A stretch of 64,000 bases of DNA. Source: Felis catus. Its lineage: Eukaryota. The stretch is from NCBI RefSeq assembly GCF_018350175.1, contig NC_058368.1, forward strand, positions 155,064,001 to 155,128,000. The letters run 5' to 3'. A program made the translations under genes and the position numbers. The notes under the pieces are model-generated. The model ran no database searches. It worked only from the letters and a program-made list of their open reading frames with translations, and was not told the DNA's origin. This document shows positions 23,811 through 37,299 of the stretch, piece by piece; the first letter of the stretch is position 1, and each line of letters starts with the position of its first letter.

Positions 23811-25306
23811 ACTCATTTTATTTAAACTAAGGCAAAAACAAAAACAATTCACCCATCTCTCCCACCTCCCACCCCCATATATGACAGATCATATGGTATT
23901 TGTCTTCCTTTATCTGATTTATTTCACTTCACATAATGCACTTGAGGTCCATCTACATTGTCACAAATGGCAAGATTTCATTCTTTTTAAGGCTGAATAA
24001 TATTCTATTTTACGTGTGTGTGTGTGTGTATTTGTGTGTATTTGTGTGTATAATATATACTACAATTTCTTTTATCATTTATACATCAATGGACATTTGG
24101 GTAGCTTCCATGTCTTGGCTATTGTGAATGAACATGGAGGTGCCCATATATTTTCAAATTATTGTTCTCATTTTCTTTTGATAAATATGCAGAAGTAGAA
24201 TTGATGGATCATATATGGTGAATCTATATTTAATTTTTTGAGGAACCTTCATATAGTTTTCACAGTAGTTGGACCAATTGACATTCCTACCAACAATGTA
24301 CGAGAGTGTCCTTTTCACTGCATCCTCAACAGCACGTGTTATTTCTCATCTTTTTGACAATAGGAATTCTGACAAGTATGAAGTGGTATCTCCTATGGCT
24401 TGATTTGCATTTCCCCAATGATCCGCGATGTTGAACATCTTTTCATGTGTCTGTTGGCCATCTGTATGCCTTTTTTGGAGAAAGGTCTATTCAGATCTTC
24501 TGTCCATTTTTTAATCAATTTGGTTGTTTTGCTACTGAGCTGTATGAGTTCTTTGTATATTTTGGCTATTAGCCCCTTATCAGATATAGGATTAACAAAT
24601 ATTTTCTTCCATTCAGCATGCTGCCTTCTCTGTTGATGGTTTCCTTCACTGTGCAGAAGGTTTTTAGTTTGTTGTCCCCCTTATTTATTTTTATTTTTGC
24701 TTTTGTTGCTTTTGCTTTTGGCGTCAAAAAAATCATCCACTAAAACCTATGCCAAAGAGCTCAACATACTATATCTTTGTCTAGAAGTTTTATGGTTTCA
24801 GGTCTTGTGTTTAAATTGTTAATCCATTTTTAAGTTAGTTTTTGTGTATGATGAAACACGGTGGTCCAATTTTCCCAACACTATTTATTAAAGAGACAGT
24901 CCTTTTCCCATTGTATCTTCTTGGCTACTTTGTCATAAATTAATTAATCATCCATTTGTGGATTTATATATGAGCTTTCTATACTGTTTCAATGATCTCT
25001 GTGTCTGTTTCTATGTCAACATCACACTGTCTTATTTACTATAGCTTTGTAAAGTAGTTTGAAATCAGGGAGTGTGATGCCTCCAGCTATGTTCTTTGTT
25101 CTCAAAATTGCTTTTGCTATTTCGGGTCTTTTGTGGTTATATATAAATTTGGGGACTGTTCATTTTATTTCTGTGAAAAATGCCACTGGAATTCAGATTG
25201 GGTTTGTACTAGATCTGCATAATACTCTGAGTAGTATGGACACTCTAACAATATTGATTCTTCCAATCCGTATGCACAGAATACCTTTCCATTTATTGGT
25301 ATCTAC
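23811..25306 (-). mobile_element. L1 (L1MA/L1_Carn-like) 3' 1.5 kb
   Basis: Continuous antisense ORF2 C-terminus/3'UTR (gatgttgaacatcttttcatgtgtctgttggcc, tttgaaatcagggagtgtgatgcctccagct); possible TSD gagacttt(t)a. Confidence 0.92.
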
Positions 25307-26089
25307 ATGAGACTTTTAAGAGATTTTGAGTCCCTGAATTTTTGAGGGTCTTATAAAATATTCATAAAACTACCTCTCCTGTTTGACACTCACTGGCCTT
25401 ACTAGATCATTTGATTCCATAGCTTAAAACTCTCCTTTGGGTGGCTGGCCACATGCCTGCTGTGGGTTCAGAAATATGATTAACACTAGGAGAAATAACA
25501 TTTAAAAAATAACATATATAATTATATATACAAACATAGAGTATATACACATTCACTGCTTCTATAATGTTGAATATACTCTCTGCCTCATGTTTTTTAA
25601 TGTCATGTTGGTAATAATGCCTATTTCATACTTTATTGGCTTTTATCTCTACTGAACGAAATCCTACAGCTGAAATGTCCCATGGATTGACAGAGCACAT
25701 TTAGAAGTGAAATACATAGGTCTTGTATCTGTATAATAAGTAGTTTTTGAAAGAAAAAGGTCATTTCTTCACACGGTGCAGGCGGCGGGCACAAGCAGAG
25801 TAAAAAATCAATTTATCCGGATTAAAACTATTTAAATATGAGTGTATCATACTTACAATGATGCTATAGTAAGATGGTGCTGAGTACAACTCTCCCAAGC
25901 AGCATATAGATAAAATGAAAAACTAGTGTAGTAGCTTTATCCAGAGGTACTGTTTTCATAAAGAATTGACTGCAATTCTTAAGAGAATCACATCCTTTTG
26001 ACTTTTTTGTTACTACATCTGCTTTTTTAATAGTCACAATTGCTTGTCTCTTCAGAGTCATGTTTCACTTCTTTCTTGCCCTTTTCCCA

Positions 26090-26755
26090 TATTCAGTCAG
26101 TTACCTTTCATTGTTCCACTATTTCTCCCAACCATCTCTTCTTTCTACTTTCCCTAAAATTGACTTTATTGCCTCTCACTTAGAGTATTGCAGTAGACTT
26201 CCACTCCCTACACCATCTCAGTTTTCCTGAAACCTTTATTCAATCTTTTTCTCATGCTCTGAAGGAATCTACAGCTCTCTATTACCTCAAAGATAAACTA
26301 CAAAACCCTTTAAATAGATTTCAAGTACTTCCATGATTTGGCCTTCACTCAAATAATTTTTCCGATCTTTATCACTTTTTGTTTACAAACTATTTCTTGT
26401 TCACTATTTTTAACTCTCACTTTTTTGTCCGACATAACTTTATTCATGGTGTTTCCTTCCATCGGAATGCCCTTAGAAATCCTGCACATCATGAAATCAT
26501 GGCCAAAATATCACTTCTTCCATGTAGCTTCCCTCAGCCTTACTAGCTAGAAGTTCTCTGGACATAAAACCTTTGCTGTACATTTTTAAATAAATATTAC
26601 AATTATTTATCCTCAAAACTTGTATACCTGTTGGATCAAGTGTACATTAATGGCAAAATCCCTGATTAATTCATTTTCATTTTCTCACATGGTAAACTAG
26701 CAATATGCCTTGTATACAATAGATGATCAGCAAATATTGATGGTTATGAATGAAC
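26090..26755 (+). mobile_element. Degraded L2
   Basis: ccatgatttggcc, ttccttccatcggaatgccctt, and tail aatagatgatcagcaaatattgatggttatgaatgaa. Confidence 0.6.
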
Positions 26756-28224
26756 GTATGGATAATTGGCCCTTAGGCTTTTTTACAATTCTATTTTCTC
26801 CTTGGTTTCACTAAATATTAGCATAAACATTACGCCATTCATTCAACTGTGTACATACTCAAGGACTGTACATTCGCTTAGGTCCTACCCAGGTGAATTA
26901 TTCTACTTTCATAAGATGATACTGTGAAGGAAAATCTGCCACCTCATTCTCAGCTCCTTCTGCCAGCCCTGGAGGCTAATCTCTTCTAGCCCAACAGTGA
27001 GACCAGATCTGTGGGGTTGTCCCCTATTCAGAGGACCTCCTGGGGGCTTAGAACCCTCCAGGACTTGCCTGGACAGGTGCTGTTGTGTTACCCCGCACTG
27101 GTTATCAACACTGCCCGGTTCTGTGGATTAACAGACATCAGCAGCCATTTCGCCCACCGATGCCATAGATCTCAGATTTCCAGCAGAAAAATAAGTGCAA
27201 AAAAAGAAGTCTCAATGTTTGTTAGATTAATTCTGATCTTCAGCCTTTCAACTTGATAAAAAAAAAAACACAACATTTATTCTGCTCACTTTGAAACTGG
27301 TGAGTCAGAGTGGAAAGAAGAGCTAACTGAGCTGTGACTACTATTAGTCCCCTATTTTGGTGAAAAGTAAATCAGAGCAAATATTGTCAATGGCAACATG
27401 TCTTGAAAGGCATCAAAGTCTAAAGTTTATGAATGGATGCTCTTGTTCTAGATGGAATTGTATGATTTAGAAGGTGAAGCAGAATTTTTAATTTTTTTTA
27501 AATAGCTTTTAATTGAAGAGTCTTCTACAGTTCTAAAATTCCTCATAAAAGCCTTATCTGACCTTGTTAATTAAATTTTATAATATTATTTTTAAACAAA
27601 TATTATCATTTGTAAACAGTCAAGCTATTTATCCATTCATGTAAACAACATAAAAAATCTTTAAGTACTCCCCTAAAACTTAAGGAAACTATTTATAATT
27701 TACCTAGATTAACTAAATCAGTGAGAGAACAAAAGCAGAGACTATTAATGGACTATGTATGAGAAAACATTGAAAATAATTAGTAATATGTTATAATAGA
27801 CATATTATGATGATTTATTAATCAGTATGAATGCACAGGTGTTTTTAGATGGACACTGAAATTACTTGCATGTTATATGTCATGATATTATTTGAGAGAT
27901 ATTTGTCAATCGGCTGTATTCCCTTAATGACATTAGATTTAATAAATACAATTTATCTAGATATTACATATGATCAAAACATTTCTAGCATATAATTATT
28001 TTGTGGAAAAACACTTCTATATAGAATAAAGTGTCATATGAAAGTTGAACTTTTTTAGCTTCAAAGTGACTCAATACTAAAGTTTTTAGTCTTAGATCCA
28101 AATGAATCCAGAGTAGCTGATACTATGGTGAAATTGTTCTAGAAAGGCTGTATTGAAAATCATAGCTTTCCTCTTTTTTGGGTGGTGTCCTAGAAGTCAG
28201 TTAACAAAGGAGCAAAGAATTTAG

Positions 28225-28760
28225 TCCGTTATTGCTAAGACTCTTGGTGACACATGGTGGAAACATCAAAAAAGATCAGCTCTAACAAAATGAGACGTCA
28301 CTGACTCTATAACTGAAAAATTCAAGGCATGGCTGACATTTGCCATGACTGGCCTCAGGGCTCAAACAATGTCACCTGGGTGTATTTTTTTTCTCTATCT
28401 CTCACATGGGGCTTCTGCTGTGTTAGCTTCACTTTCTTCTCTACTTACTGTTTAAATGACCTTAGCAGGCCCTACTTTACTACTTTTCTCTGTCTCAGAA
28501 GGCCTAATGACAGTTCCATGGCATCTCATTTCCTATCATAATATCACATCCCCACTCCTGAACCAAATGCTATGGTTCTCAAAGAGTCTGTGGTTCTCAT
28601 TGGTCAAGTCTGAATCACATGGTATACCTAGAGCCGAGGCTCAAGTCAGCTCCAACAAAATTACAGGAATTGGTTGCAGGAAGAAGTAAAATACCCCTAC
28701 TAAAATGGAAGTGGGATATATGGATGACAGAAGTTTAAAATGCAACAAATACATACTATG
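28225..28760 (-). mobile_element. Old MaLR LTR (MLT1J/K/L-like)
   Basis: tataactgaaaaattcaagg...cagggctcaaacaatgtcacc...cccactcctgaaccaa...cattggtcaagtctgaatcacatg. Confidence 0.65.
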
Positions 28761-28859
28761 AGTAAAAAAAATATTCGTTAATCAAGGAACCTAGAAGTAA
28801 GGGCAATTCTAACAAAGCTCTATAGCCTTAAGCAAGACACCAACGGTTTTCTTCTAGAT

Positions 28860-29445
28860 CATTGCTTTAGCCTCCTTATACACATGTATCCTGCTCCAGT
28901 TCATTCTATGCACTGTTTCTAGAACAAAGTCAAAATCCTAAACAAAGCCCTCCATGATCAGCCTCACTTTACTTCTCTAGGATCTTCTCAAAACTCTCTC
29001 CCTGTCACTCTCTGAGTTCCAAACAGCCAGGCTTTTTGTTAATTTCTTAAACATGCCAGGCCTTTGTACAATAGGACCTTTGTGCATTCTCTACCCATTG
29101 CCTAGACTTCTCTTTCTCCTCTCTTTTATTTGCTTAGTGAACCTCCACTCACCTTTAGATATCAATTCAAACATGATTTCTGCAACGAAGTTTTTCTAAC
29201 ACCATTCCCAGAAAGATCAAGTTCCCCCATATTACACATTCATGAAACATATCATTTAATAACACTTACCACAGCTCTTAACTTTATATGTAATTTTATG
29301 TTAAGTTGATTAGCTATGTTTTCTCCACTAAAGTATAAGCTCCATGAGGAAAAGACTATAAGTCTTTTCCTGTATCCCTGTATCCCTGTATCTGCTGTAT
29401 CCCTGTGCCTAGCACATAGTCAATATTCAATAAATATATGAAGGA
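28860..29445 (+). mobile_element. L2 3' portion
   Basis: aaagtcaaaatcct...ccctccatgatc...ggacctttgtgcatt...taagctccatgagg...gtgcctagcacatagtcaatattcaataaatat. Confidence 0.75.
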
Positions 29446-29459
29446 ATAATAAAGACACT

Positions 29460-29555
29460 TCATGACATGTGAGTCAATTTCTCATCTCTAAAGTAATGGG
29501 GTTGAACTAAGAGCTCTCAAGTCATTCATTCCAGCTCTTAAACTTCTCTGATTCG
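29460..29555 (+). mobile_element. MIR3 fragment
   Basis: caatttctcatctctaaagtaatggggttgaactaa...ttccagctctt...ttctctgattc. Confidence 0.55.
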
Positions 29556-29814
29556 AATTAAACACTATAGATACTTTATATTGTTTAATTTAAAAAAAAT
29601 TAAGTAATACTTCTGAAGAAGCCACTAAAGAAAAAGAATTAGTCAATGGATACTATAGCTAAAGGGCCAATAAAAATACTATAAATTAGTGAAGCATTGC
29701 CATACAAATTATGATGATCAGTTTTCCATTTTTATTGACACAAGGTTAAAGACATCTTTAACCCTCAAGTACGCACATTTAATTTAGTTTGAAATAACTC
29801 CAGAAATGATTATT

Positions 29815-29858
29815 AAAACTATGAACTTCTAAAAAAAAAAAAAAGACTATGAACTTCT
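29815..29858 (+). mobile_element. Body-less poly(A) retro-insertion flanked by TSDs
   Basis: aaaactatgaacttct-A(n)-aagactatgaacttct at a tt/aaaa L1 endonuclease site. Confidence 0.6.
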
Positions 29859-31329
29859 TTGGGAGGGGTAAGGCCGAGGTTAACAAGATGATAAGGCAAG
29901 TAAATTTTGTCCTCTGTTCCCCTCCTTTGGTTTTCCATTGCTCACATTTTGGAGCCATGCACACCCCACTACCTGGAACAAAATACCCAGTGCCTTCTTT
30001 TTCCCCATTGGTTATTCCCATTAGAATCCCCCCATAAGGCCTGAGCAATACTCCCTACACTCACATTATGAATCACCATCTTCTCCTTCTCCATTAAAAC
30101 TTACCTGCCCTTGCTTTTATTTCTTCACATTCCTGATCTTTACTGGGTGTCAATGGTTGTAATGGGTTATTAACAAGAAAACTCATCCATTCTAATATGT
30201 TATATAGTTAATTAATGTTACCTCCCTCAAGATAATAGGGCATATGTCCTCTTAAAGGCTTTTAAGAAATGACAGTAATGGTGGAAATTTCAGGCACCAC
30301 TGCAGACTGATGAGGGAGATAGATTTTAAAGCATGGGGCCTCTCATTGATCCTCAAATTATTCCATGTAGGCAGCTGCCGACTCTGCCCATGAGTAAGCC
30401 AGCCTCTCTCTGGAGAACTTTATAAACAGCATGAATTTCACTGTTTGACATGGGTGAGGTATAGTTCTCTCTGAAAATAACCTCTTTTAAGATATCATCC
30501 GTTTATGGAGCTATGGTTTAGATGTTCTCAAGACTAGAAAACTACCCTTCACTCCAAGATTGAAAAGGTCAGCCTGCCCTAGGAGATAGATGAATCTGGA
30601 GGTGTCTTTGAGTAGCCAGCTGATTTACCTATCATTTTCATTTTTTATTCCAATTCAAATATATACACTGCTAGAAATGATTAAGAACTCTGAAACCTCA
30701 CGGTGTGCCCTCCTAGAACATAATTTCCCCCCCATCTGTGAGTCTCCTGTTGATATCAGAGGAAGTCACCATATGCAGAGAGGGGAGACACATGCCAAGA
30801 GAGAGGAAAGCCCATTATGTAGCAGAGAGCTAATTTTGCTTAATCTTCTTGATCTCCATAAAGAGCATTCTGAGACCCCACAGGATTTAAACAAAAAAGA
30901 TAAAGATGAAGAGGGAATGCTCAAGCAGAGCCGATGTAATACTTATTTATTAATGTCGTCCATCACAGTGTGTTTATGCGCCTAACCAAAATTTAAAACT
31001 GTCTGATTGAAAACAGAGGAGGAAAACCAACTGCTGTATCACAGCAAAACAGACTCACTCCATCCCTACATACTTACATTTGGAAAATGAAATGAAATGA
31101 TACGAGCACCATATTAAACACTTACAGTTCCATTTGAAATGAAAAGAAAGATAAGTAAAAACATAAATCTGTGACCCTGGGTTTATCCTTAAATAGAAAC
31201 CTCATCTTAAGTGAGAATCTCTCCCTGCTTAATAGCAGAATTAATATTAAAGGAGCCTTATTCTTCCTGTTACTCCAATACCTTCTAAGGAGGAGGGAGT
31301 TAGGAGAGGAGGCCACAAAGGGCAGATGG

Positions 31330-31760
31330 AGAGGGGATTTTCATAGCTTAATGAAACCAACTCAGAGAGTAGAACCAGTGAGTCAGAATATCGACATTGG
31401 AATATAGGTTTCCTGCTCAAGCAAGAGGTGGTACATTTTGTGCTTGAATTCCTCCAGGAAAAAGAAACTCATCACCCCTCAGATATCCCATCTTGTTTTA
31501 GATAACTTAGCATATTAGAAATTTCTCTTTCATAATATTCTGAAATCTACGTCCCTAAATGGTCTTATTCTTTCTCTTGGAGCTGACCACACAGAGTGAG
31601 TCTAATGTTTCTTACAGAGTATGGACCTTCAAATATTGGAAAATAGTTTTCTTTGAATACCACCACCTTTTTTCCCCTTGTTGGCTTAATCTGCAGCCTT
31701 ATAGCTACAATACTATTGCTGAAAGTTTTCCAAACTTTCTAAAGTCTTTTTCATTCCAGA
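31330..31760 (-). mobile_element. CR1/L3 fragment
   Basis: gcttgaattcctccagg...aactcatcacc...ttagaaatttctc...gaccttcaaatattggaaaatag. Confidence 0.6.
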
Positions 31761-32519
31761 GACATATACCATGACTTACCTTTTTTCTGAACTTTTGAAA
31801 TTTGCCCTCTTTTACTTGGGTAGCTGGTTAAACTGGAAGATTGCCCACTTGGGCTAAAAATTTTGGATGTCATAAAGTTAAAAGGCGTTTGTTTTAAGAG
31901 GAGGGCAAATGTGGTTCTTAAGTATCTTTGAAGCTTCGATAGCACTTGCCCTGGCATTCATACACACAGGGGCTTGAAAATGCCTTGAATTAATAAATGA
32001 ATAAATGCAGAGCTGTTTAATTCTAATACTTGTATGGGGCTTGACACTTTAGAAAGGAATTTAAGCCATTATTTGAGTATCAAAATAAACAAGAGTTCAG
32101 AGAAGGAGGTATTCTATCCTGATTCCATAAAAATAAGAAAACCTTAACTCAGAAATAAGTACATTTTGAAGAAAAGCCTTTTACTGGAACAAAAACAACT
32201 TTGAATTTAGTCCAACCTACATTGGTGTATCATACACTCTTAGGTTCTCAGAAGAATAAGAATTCTACAAAATAATTTTGCATTACACTCGTCACTATTT
32301 TTACAGTGCACTTTTATTTTAATATAATATAATCCTTAGCCAAGAGGGAAATACCTTAAAATATTTTTTATGACGTGATTTTAAAAAAGGCACAATAGCA
32401 AACTAGGCTTGTCTTGAGAAAACAATCAATTTTTTTAGTATCAAAAATTCTAACAATTAACATTACACTTATAATACAATACCATTCTTTGTTATATATG
32501 TTAAGGGGGAAAAATTCAA

Positions 32520-32840
32520 TGTCAATTATTTATTAACTAGGTATTTACTGGGATTCTATTTTGTCCAAACTATTTAGAGTAATACTAAAAATAAATTTTA
32601 TAAATAAAATGTAATCAAAAAGGTCCCAAAGAATAAAAGATGGTGGCCCCACCGCCTAGGGAAGGATGGCCTAATGCAAACAAGTATGCAAATAAGATGT
32701 ATATATGCCAAGCAGATAAAATTTTACAGTGGAGACTTTCTGGGGAAATCTTAAAGGAATTATAACTAGAGGACAGAGACAAAGTATATTCCAAACAATC
32801 TACATGAGTTGGTTGGCCTTAGTAAACTATGTAAAGGAAC
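32520..32840 (-). mobile_element. Possible degraded L2 3' end
   Basis: ttatttattaactaggtatttactgggattctattttgtcc followed by L2-like purine-rich text. Confidence 0.35.
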
Positions 32841-33384
32841 TCAATGTGCCTGTGCCCCCTTCACTTTCTATTTTGCATCTAGTTTAGGTAACCTTGATCA
32901 TAATTAACCCCGTGCTGCCCAAGGTCCAAGGGTAGAGAACAACTGTGTAAGGAGCACTTATTCCACAGTGGCAGGAGATTTAGGAACTTGCTGATGGTAC
33001 CCAATTACTTTGACATGAGTGTCCTGTCTCACCAGCATCCTGCAGAGCCCAATGGGAACATTTCCGGGGTGCCCAGGAAAAGTTCCCACTACTGGTCCTC
33101 TCCGCCCGCCCAGTACCCACAGCTCCTCCTCCCAGTCTTGGTACACTGGCTGCCCATACATCTCCTGCTCTGCTCCACCACTGATCTGCTGCTCCTGGCC
33201 CTGCACCTCACCAAAATAGGAGAAACCTCCCTCCCAGCTGTGCTCAGGCACAAAGAAACCCATCTTAGGTCACCTATACCCACGCAATTACTCCTGAAAT
33301 TAAATAGTCACAAAGAAGCTTGCAATGAGACTTGTCAGGACCTCCCAACTCATCCTTTGTCTTACTCAAAGTCATTTGTAAACT

Positions 33385-33501
33385 ACTTTTTTTTTTCCTT
33401 TTACAAAACATTTTAATTGTGGTAACAAATACATAACAAAATTTTCCATCCTAACCTTCTTTAAGGGTATAGCTCAGTAAAGTATATTCACATTGTTGTG
33501 A
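33385..33501 (-). mobile_element. Short L1MB-like 3' terminus
   Basis: ttttaattgtggtaacaaatacataacaaaattttccatcctaacc...tatattcacattgttgtg. Confidence 0.75.
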
Positions 33502-35078
33502 TCTATTCCTTTTTAAATTGCTACCTTTAACACCTATCCAATTGCTTATATGGTTATTGGACTGTTAGATTCTCTACCTCTTTTTTATTTTAACCCGCCA
33601 TCTTCCCCAGAAGTCGATAAACTACTTTTTGACTCTCACTTTCTATCTGGTGATTCCAAATCCTTTGACTTTTAGTCATCATGCGTATTTTACAATTGTT
33701 AAATTTTATTTGTGTGTTCCCTCTATCTCTGTGAAATTTCTCTGATCAAACTTGAAGTTCAAACTGTGTCCCAGTGTTCTCTTAAAATCCCTACCCGTAC
33801 CATTTATTCATGATGAATCGTTGTTGTGTTTTTTTTAATTCCTACAAATAAAAAGATTTCCATAGTTTCCCCAACACTCCACAAATATTTCATGAGCAAT
33901 ACATGCCAAAATGGAACTCTCATTCTGGTAAAGAGTGGCTTGGCATATGTGACATCAAAGCATTACAGACTTAATAATATTTGTTAGATACCCAGGGCAC
34001 AATGGACTGATTATTGCAGATGTAGACAAGAGGGGAGGAAATTTTAGGCATAATCGTAGATCCCCTGCTATAATATGCTGCTGGACAAGCTAACGAACCA
34101 CACATAACAATTTGGTATAACAGAATTGTGATCTTGACACAGCTCCTGGAACTACTGAGTACTAAACTAAAAAAGAGGGAAAGAAAGTGCAAGGAGTACT
34201 GTTACCATGAAGCTTATGTGAACTGCTATATAAAAGAAAAAATATATAATTAGACTAAATGGAAGTTATTTCAAATTTAGGAAATTCAAAAAACCTTTGA
34301 ATATATCTTAACTTCATATTCAGTCTCCAGTATTATGTAGTTCTAGGATGGACTATGTGATGCAAAGGCTCTTAAAGATTATTTAAAACTGGGGGATAAT
34401 GGGAGTTCCGTGAGCATCATGGAAATATGAGCCTTTCTGCCCTTCTTCAGTTCTCTCCCCTTTGATTTACAACTAACTGGACACCCATAACCAAAAAATA
34501 AATAAATAAATAAATAAGGCACCTCTGCACAGCATACCAAGACACACAAGAGATCCATCCATCTATGCACTTGAAAGTGGATGGATTGGACTACAGGAGA
34601 GGATGGGAACATGGAAGTCACCGCAAAGGTGGGAAATGGCAGCAGAGCTGGTGGCAGTATAGGCGGTAATGGCAGAAAAGGCAGCGCTGGTCTGGCAGCA
34701 AACCAGCATAAACTTTCTGGCAGAAGAGTTAGAGGGTGAAGGCGGTAACTGCATAGGCTGCAGTTGGGAAGACCAGTTGCTCTCTCTGAAGACAGATGCG
34801 GTGGTTGGAAGAGGGAAAGGAAAGAGAAGTAGGCAAATACAAATGAAGGAAAGCAGCTATTGCTGTAGGCAGGAGGCCCAGAGGATGGCCCATGGACCTC
34901 TTGGTCCTCCCCATTTGGGGATCCCTCTACCAGGTGATGGGCACATCCAAACTCCTAGGTACTAATTATACACTTCACCACCTACCCCTGCTGCCATTCT
35001 TTGCTTTGTTTTTTTAATGCCCACTCTTTCAACCTTAGCCCAAATTAGCTCCCAGAAGAGAAACCAAAAATTTGTGCT

Positions 35079-35097
35079 ATAGCGCCATCTTCTGGAA
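35079..35097 (-). promoter_or_regulatory. Candidate CTCF motif in L1 5'UTR
   Basis: Minus strand reads ttCCAGAAGATGGCGCTat, close to the CTCF core CCASYAGRKGGCRC; CpG intact. Confidence 0.45.
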
Positions 35098-35732
35098 GAC
35101 CAAAGGAAGGCTTCTAATCACCAACCTGTTGAACTGTTGTTAGTCAAAGTAAACAAAACCTTGCCCAAATAAGAAAGGTGTTTACTATGCAAAATGCTGC
35201 CATAGAGGCATTTCTCACGAAACACCAAGAAAAACCATGGTAATACGGTATCACAAAAAGAAGTGACAATTTTCTAACAACTAAACTCAAAAACACTAAA
35301 TATTGTAATGTGATCATTTAAAATAGGTGTTATGAAGAAATTCAACAAGCTACAAGAAAATTCAGAAAAGCAATAGAATGATCTCTAACAGTAGAATTAA
35401 TGAAGAAAGGAGTACTTTACAAAGAGATTGAAATTTTAAAAAGAACCAAACTAAAATTCTGAAGCTAAAGAACTCAGTAAATGAGATGAAGAATGCATTT
35501 GAATGCACTGGAAATAGAGCAGACAGATCATATAGAAGAGAGAATTAGCAAGCTTGAAGATGAAAATATAGAAATGATCAGGTGGAAGAGGATCAAGAAC
35601 TAAAATCTGTATAAAGTTAAGAAACCCTATGAGAACTATCTGACTCACTTAGAAAAGTCAACATAACAATAATGGATATTCCATAAAAAGAAGAGAGAAA
35701 GAGAACAGAGAGTGTATTTAGAGACATAATAG

Positions 35733-36533
35733 GTTAGGATTAAAGGTCTAAATATGAAACCAGAAACTGTAAAATTCCGGGAAGAAAAACATAGACAATA
35801 ATTTCTTTGACATCAGTTGTGGAAATACTATTCTTGATATGTCTGGCAAGGGGAAAAAAGCAAAATTAAACTACTATGACTACACCAAAATAAAAAGGTT
35901 TTGTACAGTAAAGGAAACTGTCAACAAAACGAAAAAGAAGCTATTGAATGGGGGAAGATATTTACAAATATATATCTGATAAGGGGCTAATAATCAAAAT
36001 ATTTAAATAACTTATACAACTCAACACTGAGAAACAAATAATCTGATTAAAAATGGGCCGAGGACCTGAATAGACATGTTTCCAAAGAAGGCAAACAAAG
36101 TGCCAACAGACACATGAAAAGATGTTCAACATCACTAATTATTAGGGAAATGCAAATTAAAACTACAATGTTATATCACTTCACCCTGTCAGAATGGCTA
36201 AAATTTAAAAAAACAAAAACAAAAAACATAAGAAATAACAAGTGTTGGCAAGGATGTGAAGAAAAAGGAACAGTTGTGTACTGTTAGTAAGAATGCAAAC
36301 TGAAGCAGGCACTGTGGAAAACAATATGGAGTTTCCTCAAAAAATTAAAACTAGAATTATCATATTATTCAGTAATTCCACCACTAGGTATTTACCCAAA
36401 GGAAATGAAAATACTAATTCAAAAAGTTATATAGACCCCAATGATACTGCAGCATTAATTACAATAGCCAAGATATGGAAGCAACCCAAGCGTCAATTGA
36501 GAGATGAATGGATAAAGAAGATGTAGTATTTAT

Positions 36534-36580
<47 letters not shown>

Positions 36581-36953
36581 GGAATATTACTCAACCATAA
36601 AAAAGAATGAAATCGTGCCATTTACTACAACATGGATGGACCTAGAGCATATAATGCTAAGTGAAATAAGTCAGAGAAAGACAAATACCATATGATTTTA
36701 TTAATACATGGAATTTAAGGGAAGAAAGGGAGGAAGGAAGAAAGAGCAAACAAAAAACAGACCCTTAACTATAGAGAACAAGCTGGTGATTGCCAGATTG
36801 AGCTGGGTGGGGAATGGGTGAAATAGATTAAGGGAATTAAGAGCACACTTATCTTGATGAGCACTGAGAAATGTACAAAATTGATGAATCATTATACTGT
36901 ACACCTAAAACTACTATAACACTGTATGCTAATTATACTTGAACAGAAAGAAA
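35733..36953 (+). mobile_element. Younger carnivore L1 3' fragment nested in ORF1 of the host L1
   Basis: ORF2 C-terminus plus carnivore-type 3'UTR (gagcacacttatcttgatgagcactgag); host ORF1 resumes after it; imperfect TSD agacataatag/agaagtaatag. Confidence 0.88.
36536..36578. repeat. (AC)21 microsatellite
   Basis: Direct observation. Confidence 0.97.
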
Positions 36954-37230
36954 AGAAGTAATAGCTGAGAATTCCCAAATCTGGGGAAATAAATGAATAT
37001 ACAAGTTCACAACACCTTATTATTGCAACACAAAAAGACTTTCTCTAAGACACATCTTATTAAAATGGTCAAAAGTCAATAATAAAAAATTTTAAGGGAA
37101 GCTAGTAAAAAGGACAGCAACCTACCCCTGTTAGGGTACAAGCAGCATTCTCAGCAGATTTCTCAAAAGAAACTCTACAGGTCAGGAGAGAGTGGAATGA
37201 TATATTCAAAAATATTAAAAGATTAAAAAC

Positions 37231-37299
37231 TGTAGCCATTACACTTCAATAAAAAATAAATAACAAAACTGAAAAAAAAACAAAAAACAAAAAACGCTG
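37231..37299 (+). mobile_element. Extremely 5'-truncated L1 (last ~20 nt plus A-rich tail)
   Basis: ccattacacttcaataaaaa... interrupts host ORF1 at aaaaactg|ccagtcaagaatac. Confidence 0.55.

Noticed and set aside
29370..29408. Short tandem (ctgtatcc)n as a CRISPR-like or regulatory array
   Set aside because: Slippage expansion of the L2 3'-end motif ctgtatccc, with no spacers
30590..30985. 131-aa plus-strand ORF
   Set aside because: No homology I can recognise, and no promoter or poly(A)/TSD signature of a retrogene
32988..33416. 142-aa ORF as a protein-coding gene
   Set aside because: Non-ATG start, unrecognised peptide, and it runs into an L1 tail; kept only as an unexplained compositional island
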